A DNA stretch of 64,000 nucleotides from a virus (taxonomy: Duplodnaviria > Heunggongvirae > Uroviricota > Caudoviricetes), in IMG/VR virus record IMGVR_UViG_3300005748_000132, positions 20,180 through 84,179 of that record; one strand, given 5' to 3'. The notes beneath the pieces are model-generated. The model was not told the origin of the DNA, did no database searches, and saw only the letters and a list, made by a program, of their open reading frames with translations. Both the position numbers and the translations under genes were made by a program. Numbering within the stretch: position 1 is the stretch's first letter; each line of letters opens with the position of its first letter. This document shows, one piece after another, positions 57,827 through 64,000 of the stretch.

Positions 57827-58265
57827 ACCAATCCAATCCGTCCTCTACCTCATCTAAATAAGGATTAGACTTATAGTGTCCGAGTTTCAGTAAATTGAAC
57901 ATAATTTTTATTAATTCCTTTTTATCATCGTCTCTTACGTTCTTAACAGCCCATTTCATATAGTCAGAATCTACATCATGTAACCTTTTACCTTTGAATT
58001 TTCCAAAAGTAACTTCCGTGTCCAACATTTTATCAATCTTATCTTGCTTTACTTTTTTAGCCCTTTCTTCTAAATTCAGAAAATCAGGTTCGTACTGTTT
58101 AATTACTTCATCTAACAAACTTATTAACTCACTATTCGGAGAAGTACCAAATTGAGGTCCATATGCTTCATAATCTATGTAGTCTTCAATTTCTTCCAAT
58201 TCTGCCAACCTTTCGTATTCTTCTTTTAATAAAGTTAACAATAAACTTTCTTTTTTCTTCGACAT
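57813..58265 (-). CDS. hypothetical protein (150 aa)
   Basis: ORF. Confidence 0.4.
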   Translation of the reverse strand: MSKKKESLLLTLLKEEYERLAELEEIEDYIDYEAYGPQFGTSPNSELISLLDEVIKQYEPDFLNLEERAKKVKQDKIDKMLDTEVTFGKFKGKRLHDVDSDYMKWAVKNVRDDDKKELIKIMFNLLKLGHYKSNPYLDEVEDGLDWYVYF

Positions 58266-58519
58266 TAAAATTCTCCATTTAGTTTAAAGTCACAAGTCTT
58301 GCTGCACCACAAACCTCTTTGTCTTAAATAAGTTTCTTTCTGCTTAAGAGTCGGTTTCATTGCACTTTTCCAAGCGTTGTACCTAACTCGTTCCTTATTT
58401 AAAGTTCTGTACATAGTTTCATACTTTCTGCGATACTTTTTATACTTCTCACTTTTTTGGTACTTATTTATTGCAGATGTCATACCCTTGTAGTATTTGT
58501 TATCACTATAGTCTTTCAC
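58265..58519 (-). CDS. hypothetical basic protein (84 aa)
   Basis: ORF. Confidence 0.35.
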   Translation of the reverse strand: MKDYSDNKYYKGMTSAINKYQKSEKYKKYRRKYETMYRTLNKERVRYNAWKSAMKPTLKQKETYLRQRGLWCSKTCDFKLNGEF

Positions 58520-58658
58520 ATTTTCTCCTTAAAATAAGCTGTTAAACTAAATCCTATACCTAAAACCGCGACACTACTCCCTAGTATTGTACCAGTCCCA
58601 AGCATATAAGCTAGTATAGCACATAAAAAAGCTAAGATCAAGTAAGTTACAGGTTCTT

Positions 58659-58910
58659 TCACATCACACTCAACATTTCCGAGTTGTAGACCCTACTAGC
58701 TAAAGTACTTAGTCCTTTAAATAAAGCGTTCTCTAGGTTCTCACCAGTAGTTTTAATCAAGCTTCTTCCTGTAAGTTCGTCAATAATTTCCACAGTAGTA
58801 CCCACTTCTTCTAAACTTTCTTGTATGAAAGTTACCTCGTAGTTTAATCCACAGTCGTGAAGATGCTTTGTTAAGTCTGTTAACAGGTTTACGTTAGTGT
58901 CAAAGTTCAT
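58659..58910 (-). CDS. hypothetical protein (83 aa)
   Basis: ORF. Confidence 0.35.
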   Translation of the reverse strand: MNFDTNVNLLTDLTKHLHDCGLNYEVTFIQESLEEVGTTVEIIDELTGRSLIKTTGENLENALFKGLSTLASRVYNSEMLSVM

Positions 58911-58911
58911 A

Positions 58912-59367
58912 CTATTCTCCTTTATACTCTATCATAGGACATACTTTATTTTTAACAGCGTAGAACATTCCTTTCATAACTCCGTTCTCTTTAGTGTCAC
59001 GGTTTTCGTAACTTTTTCTAATCCTATACGCTGAATACTTCTTATGTAGATAATATCCTAACCCTATGACAAATAAAGCTGTTTGGAGGAGAATCAATGA
59101 CTGAGTATCTTCATCAAAGTTTTCCATAAAAAATAGTAATATGGGAGATATCACTACACTAATCAGACCACCGATGACCATCGTCATAAAAAACCCAAAT
59201 AGTAAACAAACTAAATTGGCGAATAAGAAACCCCAAAAATAATTACATATGGCTTTAGGTTCTTCAAAGTATCCAGTCATAACATTTTCTACAAGATACT
59301 TATACCATCTGTAATGCCACGAATTTCTATTAATTGTTACTTTCATACTATTCTCCTTTATATCCAT
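58912..59367 (-). CDS. integral membrane protein (151 aa)
   Basis: Two or three hydrophobic helices (FWGFLFANLVCLLFGFFMTMVIGGLISVVISPILLFF). Confidence 0.45.
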   Translation of the reverse strand: MDIKENSMKVTINRNSWHYRWYKYLVENVMTGYFEEPKAICNYFWGFLFANLVCLLFGFFMTMVIGGLISVVISPILLFFMENFDEDTQSLILLQTALFVIGLGYYLHKKYSAYRIRKSYENRDTKENGVMKGMFYAVKNKVCPMIEYKGE

Positions 59368-59545
59368 GTTCTCTAGCTACCTTGTAAATCTCTAGTAACT
59401 CGGCTTCATAAACAGTTTTTAACCTGACAATTTCTTCTCTAAGTTTCATCGTCTCGTCTTTTTCAGAAAGGTATTTTTCCCTGTACTTAGCTGAAAACCC
59501 GACACTACAAGTATATATTAAGATTAGACCTATGAATATTGTCAT
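59348..59545 (-). CDS. small membrane protein (65 aa)
   Basis: N-terminal TM. Confidence 0.35.
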   Translation of the reverse strand: MTIFIGLILIYTCSVGFSAKYREKYLSEKDETMKLREEIVRLKTVYEAELLEIYKVAREHGYKGE

Positions 59546-59769
59546 TATTTAACACCTCGTATCAGCTTTTGCATAGTGTCCAAACTCATCGGAAGCTCCA
59601 TTAAGCTAGTCTTAACCGTCTTGCTGGTTATGTCCTTGCCGTTAGAATTGTCTATAACCTTGAACTTCTGCTTAGTTCGCACTAAGTCAAGTACGTAGTT
59701 TATTGTAACATGCTTTGATAAAGTTGTCGAGTAAAGTTTTCTGTTGTTGTATCTTTTTATAATTTCCAT
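59545..59769 (-). CDS. hypothetical protein (74 aa)
   Basis: ORF. Confidence 0.35.
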   Translation of the reverse strand: MEIIKRYNNRKLYSTTLSKHVTINYVLDLVRTKQKFKVIDNSNGKDITSKTVKTSLMELPMSLDTMQKLIRGVK

Positions 59770-59770
59770 G

Positions 59771-60046
59771 CTAACTCCTTTTATTAAAGTTTCCTTCCGA
59801 CCTCACATACTTACCTAACTTCCTTGACCAAACTAGTTCAGCGTCAGGTAAAAACGATCTTATAACCTCAGTCTTACCATTTTGATACGTTATCAGAAGC
59901 TCCCTAAGACCCCCTATGAGCATTTCACCTACTTGTATGGTAGTACCTATAGGGTAAGTTAAGTCCTTCATAAAAAGCTGGTTAAAAGCTTCTACAGAAT
60001 TATCTAGTTGTGCGTCAAATTGGTTTATTTTTTCACCTATGTTCAT
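59771..60046 (-). CDS. hypothetical protein (91 aa)
   Basis: ORF. Confidence 0.35.
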   Translation of the reverse strand: MNIGEKINQFDAQLDNSVEAFNQLFMKDLTYPIGTTIQVGEMLIGGLRELLITYQNGKTEVIRSFLPDAELVWSRKLGKYVRSEGNFNKRS

Positions 60047-60054
60047 ACCTTCTC

Positions 60055-60297
60055 CTAATGTAGTGTCGCATTTTCTGTTGTTAACCTAATCTCTTTTTCA
60101 AAGCTACTAAAAGCTTGTAGCTTCAACATTTCCACCTCAATAAGCTCCGCAGCCTCATAAGCCTCCTGATTGTACCTAGCTTCCGAAGTAGGGTTCTTAG
60201 TTTTCTTAGCTTTTCTAATAGCCTCGTCGTAGGTATCTAGTAATCCGTTGATACTCTCTTCAATTTCTTCAATAGTTTCTTTTGTAGTTTGCTGCAT
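60055..60297 (-). CDS. hypothetical protein (80 aa)
   Basis: ORF. Confidence 0.35.
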   Translation of the reverse strand: MQQTTKETIEEIEESINGLLDTYDEAIRKAKKTKNPTSEARYNQEAYEAAELIEVEMLKLQAFSSFEKEIRLTTENATLH

Positions 60298-60299
60298 AT

Positions 60300-60719
60300 T
60301 TACTCCTTTGTTTTTATAGCATTTTTAAAATACTCAACTAAATAAACTCTAGGTGCTTTGTAAGCTTTATAAGCGTTCATTAGATGCTCTGTTTTAAATA
60401 CGCTAATAGTTAACGGAGTTAAGAGTATGATACCGACAAAGGTACTAATAACCATAACTTCAGTAAGACCCTCTTTTTCAAAATCCCTCTTCCCGTCTTT
60501 GTCTTTTTTTATAAACAAGAAGTATATAAATGCTAAAAATAAAACCGCTATAGGAATAGTTATAAAAAAGTCATTAAAATATTCCACTAAATGTTCTATT
60601 GTTTTAAAATGTAATAGTTCTTGTACGTAAATAGGTACTTCTTTACCTAGAAAAGCTTCGGCACTATTTACATAACTTAAAGACTTTTGTATAAGTTTAT
60701 TTAAAATTTCTTCTTTCAT
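60300..60719 (-). CDS. membrane protein (139 aa)
   Basis: Two TM helices. Confidence 0.4.
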   Translation of the reverse strand: MKEEILNKLIQKSLSYVNSAEAFLGKEVPIYVQELLHFKTIEHLVEYFNDFFITIPIAVLFLAFIYFLFIKKDKDGKRDFEKEGLTEVMVISTFVGIILLTPLTISVFKTEHLMNAYKAYKAPRVYLVEYFKNAIKTKE

Positions 60720-60758
60720 ATCTGCTCCTTTGTTACTTATATTATACCAGTTCTAACG

Positions 60759-61052
60759 CTATGTGTCAAGCTCTTTTTTGCCAAAACAATTTAAAAACTT
60801 TTTATGTTCGTCGTCAAGTTTCACACCTAAGTCACTTATCTTTAAATTGTAGTTAGTCTCGAAGTCAAGAAAGCTTTGTAGATGCTCCTCAAAGTCTTTA
60901 ACAGCTTCTTCTTTTTCTACAGGAAGATAGTTTTTACCTTCGATTATATCTAGCAAGTCTTGAGTTTCCTTGTAACCGTAGAACTTTTCCATGTCTATAA
61001 ATGGGTAGTCGTATAGTGTCGATAAAACGTCGTCTAATTCATTAATCGTCAT
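60759..61052 (-). CDS. hypothetical acidic protein (97 aa)
   Basis: ORF. Confidence 0.35.
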   Translation of the reverse strand: MTINELDDVLSTLYDYPFIDMEKFYGYKETQDLLDIIEGKNYLPVEKEEAVKDFEEHLQSFLDFETNYNLKISDLGVKLDDEHKKFLNCFGKKELDT

Positions 61053-61389
61053 TTAGTAACCTCTCTTGTTTATCAGATTCATATCTACATTCTTCTGCGT
61101 ATTCTTTTGCGCTTCTCTCGTACTCTTCGTAAGCTTCGATAGCGTAAATTTCCGAACTATATAAACCTAACTCATCAGCTAAGTTTTCAGCACAATCTTC
61201 TAAATATTCTTCTCTAGTTTCGTAGTCGCTAGGTGTTTCGGAAGCTTCGTACTCTTGCATCTTAGTGTCAAATTCCTCGACACTACTTTCTACTAGTGAG
61301 TAAAATTCATAGTTCTCAGCTTTGAAAACTTCTACTTCGTTGTCGTAAGGTGAAGCTAGTCTCCATTGGTCGTATTTATCCCAGTTCAT
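61042..61389 (-). CDS. hypothetical very acidic protein (115 aa)
   Basis: E/D/Y-rich. Confidence 0.35.
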   Translation of the reverse strand: MNWDKYDQWRLASPYDNEVEVFKAENYEFYSLVESSVEEFDTKMQEYEASETPSDYETREEYLEDCAENLADELGLYSSEIYAIEAYEEYERSAKEYAEECRYESDKQERLLNDD

Positions 61390-61437
61390 ATTTACCTCCT
61401 AATTTATTATGCCAGTTTTAGTGCTTTGTGTCAATAG

Positions 61438-62052
61438 TTAATTATAATAACCAATCCCTAGACCATTTTCTATAGCATCTTGAAAAATCTCTTTGTACCT
61501 AGTTTTTCTTTCTTCATGAGTTATGAAAAAAACTCGAAAGTTACTACTCAAAACTATAGCTAAACTTAGTATTTCTTTTTGATGCGTTTCGTTAACGTGT
61601 TTAAAGTCGAAGAATATTTTCTTATCTATTTTAGAAGCTTCTATTTCAAAAAGCAAGTCTCTTAGCAAGTCAAGTCCTAAATCGTAACTATTATTTTTAG
61701 AAACTACTTTTCCTTTGTAGGTTTTGTCATGGTTTAAGACTATATCGTCTTTTGCCGACACTATATCAAATTCTACTATCTTGAAACACTCATGGTTTTC
61801 GTAGTCTAATATTCCTAAGAAACCTTTTATTGTATTGTCTTCAAACTCTCTTAAGTCTCCGCCTATTCTATGACCTATGTTAACTATGCAATTACCATTT
61901 TCATCAAGCAAGTTATCTTTTATAGATGGTTGGTACTCTTCTACTGGTTTACCACAACTTATTAAAATTAGCAATAATAAAAATTTCATATTGTCCTTTA
62001 TGCATTGTGTCAACTTGTTTAAAAAAGAGGCGAACTTAATCGCCTCAAACAC
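61438..62052 (-). CDS. glycerophosphodiester phosphodiesterase (GDPD)-like lipoprotein
   Basis: Lipobox LILISCGK; NIGHRIGG (H-R-G catalytic motif); EFDIVSAKDDIVLNHD (E-x-D…HD). Confidence 0.5.
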   Translation of the reverse strand: MFEAIKFASFLNKLTQCIKDNMKFLLLLILISCGKPVEEYQPSIKDNLLDENGNCIVNIGHRIGGDLREFEDNTIKGFLGILDYENHECFKIVEFDIVSAKDDIVLNHDKTYKGKVVSKNNSYDLGLDLLRDLLFEIEASKIDKKIFFDFKHVNETHQKEILSLAIVLSSNFRVFFITHEERKTRYKEIFQDAIENGLGIGYYN

Positions 62053-62061
62053 AAGGAGTAA

Positions 62062-62694
62062 TTAGTCAACTTCGCAAGAAGTCGCTACACTTAGTCTATG
62101 TAAGATGTGACCTAATAATCTACTCTCACAAACTATTTCTAAATCTTCGACACTATTAGTCAGGTCTATAATATCATTTTCAAGTTGGTTAATTTGTACA
62201 ATAGTTTCATTGATCGAAACAGTGTTAGCGTTGTCACCTTCCTCAATCATTTGCTCCAACCTAGCTACTTCAATAGCTAACTCGGTATGGGCTTTCTGTA
62301 CAGCATTGTTAATAGCTTGTGAAAGCTCCGTATTTACCCTAGAAAGCTCTCTAGAAAGCTCTCCTATACTCAGAGTAGTGCTATTAAAAGAAGCTCTCAT
62401 TTCGTCTCTTAGAGCGTCAATTTGAGCTTGTAAATCAGCTAAGTCTGTCTCTAACTCGTCTACCCTTTCATCAGTGTCTTCTTTTGTACCTAAGATATCG
62501 TTACCAATGTGCCTAGGAAGCTGTCCGAACCCTTCAATAACTTGACCTATGTTTTCTACTCCGTTGTGGAGTTCTCTATCTACAGTTTGTTTAGCGTTTG
62601 TTAACTCTCTGTCAACGTCTTGCTTGATTTGAGTAAGTTCCTTACCGCAGGATACTAGAGTTAATAGTGTTGTAATTGTTAATAATTTTTTCAT
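62062..62694 (-). CDS. coiled-coil lipoprotein (210 aa)
   Basis: Lipobox LTLVSCGK; long heptad-repeat helices. Confidence 0.5.
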   Translation of the reverse strand: MKKLLTITTLLTLVSCGKELTQIKQDVDRELTNAKQTVDRELHNGVENIGQVIEGFGQLPRHIGNDILGTKEDTDERVDELETDLADLQAQIDALRDEMRASFNSTTLSIGELSRELSRVNTELSQAINNAVQKAHTELAIEVARLEQMIEEGDNANTVSINETIVQINQLENDIIDLTNSVEDLEIVCESRLLGHILHRLSVATSCEVD

Positions 62695-62707
62695 GTTCGT
62701 TTTCTCC

Positions 62708-63340
62708 TTAGTTGTTAAATTGTGCTTTGAAAGCTTCGTAACTTTCTTTACTTATTTCTATTTCTTTACCGTCAATTATGATGGTCTTAGTTTGCTTAAA
62801 AACTATTCCAGTAGTTTCCTCTAGTATCTTAGCGTCGAAATTAGGTACACTTTCTAAAAACTCTCTGTCTTCTTTTGTAACTTCCTTACCGTTATAAGTT
62901 GACTTGTTTACTTTTAAATAACCTCCTGTAGTTTTGTAAGTAGGGTTATCAATTTTCTCTTGTTCTGTCATTTTATTTTCATATACCCATTCACATAATA
63001 GTTTTTGATATTTGTATATAATACTTCTAAATTTATTGTGATTTTCTCCATGAAACTCCCAACCACTGTCTTTATTAAATAGTCTAACAGTAGGTATATT
63101 AGTGTTACAGTCACCTGTGTTATAGTCACCTGTGTTACGGCTACCTGTGTTATAGTGACCTGTGTTAAAGTCACCTGTGTTATAGTTACCTGTGTTATAG
63201 TGACCTGTGTTACAGTGACCTGTGTTGGAGCTACCTGTGTTACGGTTACCTGTGTTATAGTCACCTGTGTTACAGTAACCTGTGTTATAGTAACCTGTGT
63301 TAAAGTCACCTGTGTTATAGTAACCTGTGTTAGTTGACAT
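62708..63340 (-). CDS. pentapeptide-like tandem-repeat protein (NTG-x-x)x16 plus C-terminal globular domain
   Basis: N-terminal 80 aa is (N-T-G-[YDHNS]-[YFCRS]) x ~16, encoded by the 15-nt tandem repeat at ~63102..63333; C-terminal ~130 aa is non-repetitive. Confidence 0.55.
   Translation of the reverse strand: MSTNTGYYNTGDFNTGYYNTGYCNTGDYNTGNRNTGSSNTGHCNTGHYNTGNYNTGDFNTGHYNTGSRNTGDYNTGDCNTNIPTVRLFNKDSGWEFHGENHNKFRSIIYKYQKLLCEWVYENKMTEQEKIDNPTYKTTGGYLKVNKSTYNGKEVTKEDREFLESVPNFDAKILEETTGIVFKQTKTIIIDGKEIEISKESYEAFKAQFNN
63102..63333 (-). repeat. 15-nt tandem DNA repeat (~15 units, consensus on top strand N-ACCTGTGTTA-N-AG-N) inside CDS
   Basis: Read directly from the sequence. Confidence 0.9.
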
Positions 63341-63350
63341 ATTTACTCCT

Positions 63351-63611
63351 TTATTGAATAACGCTTTCTACCATATTAGTAAGCATGAATTTATCTTTAT
63401 CGTGCATATTTACTGACTCTATAGCTTTTAACAAGTCCTCTTTATTATAACCTGTTTCAACTTCGTTGTCAACTTCTTTTAGTTCAAGCTTCCAATTATA
63501 TTCGTCTAAAACTCCGATTCTAGTACAGCTTATAACCTTGAAAACTTCACTTGTCTCGTTGTCTTTTATTATTGTTCCAGTTTTGTAAAATTGTTTTGAT
63601 TTAGTTTGCAT
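63351..63611 (-). CDS. hypothetical protein (86 aa)
   Basis: ORF. Confidence 0.35.
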   Translation of the reverse strand: MQTKSKQFYKTGTIIKDNETSEVFKVISCTRIGVLDEYNWKLELKEVDNEVETGYNKEDLLKAIESVNMHDKDKFMLTNMVESVIQ

Positions 63612-63618
63612 ATTACTC

Positions 63619-64000
63619 CTATAAGTCTCTTAATATTTTTTCTAAAGCTATTTCTATCATACTTTTTATTAACGGTATATCTTCGTTGTTGTTATACTCA
63701 CTGTCACTAAAAACAGTATCTAATTGATCAATAGTATAGTCTCTACAACCTATATGAATACTAGAGTAGGTTACAGTAATAGGGTATTGAAAACCTAGTA
63801 TGTTAAAATAGTGACTAGTTTTTGAAATTTCGTCAAAATCTCGCACCCTAGCATTACCATACACCCTAGCATTATCATACACCCTAGCATTATCATACAC
63901 CTCAGCATTACCATACACCCTAGCATTACCAGACACCTCAGCATTACCATACACCCAAGCATTACCAGACACCCAAGCATTACCAGACACCCAAGCATTA
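63619..64000 (-). CDS. hexapeptide-repeat (G/D-N-A-x-V-x) protein, 5' partial at window edge
   Basis: N-terminal GNAWVSGNAWVYGNAEVSGNARVYGNAEVYDNARVYDNARVYGNARV encoded by an 18-nt tandem repeat (~63847..64000+). The repeat reaches the window end, so the true N-terminus is probably outside the window. Confidence 0.5.
   Translation of the reverse strand, partial: NAWVSGNAWVSGNAWVYGNAEVSGNARVYGNAEVYDNARVYDNARVYGNARVRDFDEISKTSHYFNILGFQYPITVTYSSIHIGCRDYTIDQLDTVFSDSEYNNNEDIPLIKSMIEIALEKILRDL
63847..64000 (-). repeat. 18-nt tandem DNA repeat (top-strand unit CCTAGCATTACCATACAC and variants), >=8 units, continues past window end
   Basis: Read directly. Confidence 0.9.

Noticed and set aside
25735-62425. 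Short + strand ORFs inside the - strand block (e.g. 25735..25947, 26357..26659, 28263..28625, 29035..29337, 29498..29725, 29947..30201, 30432..30659, 31803..32042, 32708..32959, 34718..35253, 36387..36608, 38324..38620, 39449..39640, 41606..41821, 44281..44523, 47952..48134, 49823..50240, 50380..50574, 53338..54006, 54036..54236, 54595..54873, 55218..55472, 56112..56327, 56886..57089, 57444..57644, 60427..60630, 61877..62065, 62210..62425)
   Set aside because: They lie antisense to contiguous, tightly packed minus-strand genes that have recognisable products. Antisense frames of AT-rich genes commonly stay open.
62968-63337. Track ORFs 62968..63309 (-, MTLTQVTITQVT…) and 63155..63337 (+, VTCV repeats)
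   Set aside because: These are alternative-frame and opposite-strand readings of the 15-nt tandem repeat that sits inside the NTGxx-repeat gene. Their repetitive low-complexity translations are artefacts.
63795-63998. Track ORF MLGCLVMLGC… (-)
   Set aside because: Alternative frame of the 18-nt repeat; the GNAxVx frame continues into a plausible globular C-terminal domain, this one does not.
63102-64000. Possible CRISPR array (regular short repeats)
   Set aside because: The units are contiguous, with no spacers, and are in-frame coding repeats of 15 and 18 nt. There is no repeat-spacer architecture.
1-64000. tRNA / rRNA genes
   Set aside because: No stretch with tRNA-like GC-rich stem signatures or rRNA-like conservation was noticed; the intergenic gaps are small. 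A tRNAscan run would be needed to be certain.

Overview
This window reads as a tailed-phage genome segment, about 35% GC, with Shine-Dalgarno sites. Two gene blocks converge at 24241/24242. Nt 1-24241 (+ strand) is a virion-structure module: very large fibre and internal-virion-like proteins of 1551, 1403 and 1041 aa, a peptidoglycan-binding domain, a GIY-YIG homing endonuclease insert and an XhlA-like membrane protein. Nt 24242-64000 (- strand) is an early, replication and nucleotide-metabolism block. It encodes class I RNR NrdA/NrdB, dUTPase, a RuvC-like resolvase, two metallophosphoesterases, a small family-B DNA polymerase with phi29-type exonuclease motifs, an AEP primase-like protein, a DnaB-like helicase, a DnaQ-like exonuclease, an HNH endonuclease, a Cas4-like nuclease, a possible Rad52/Sak-like annealing protein and many small ORFans. 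It also encodes several exported or lipoproteins: a ClpP-like protease, an SPFH protein and a GDPD. The most notable features are described below. (1) A tightly overlapping operon encodes a Prs-like protein, a Nampt-like protein and a Macro-domain protein. It matches the phage NAD+ reconstitution pathway 1 (Adps + Namat) with an extra Macro domain, and sits behind an extended -10 promoter with upstream direct repeats. (2) An 8-9-mer, CGACACTA(Y) and its complement TAGTGTCG, occurs about 50 times in the 40-kb minus-strand block, in all reading frames. (3) A conserved 19-bp TATATTGACAACTATATAT element precedes two structural gene sets. (4) Two adjacent genes at the window end encode 5-aa and 6-aa tandem-repeat (solenoid-type) proteins via 15-nt and 18-nt DNA repeats. 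I saw no rRNA, no convincing tRNA and no CRISPR array.
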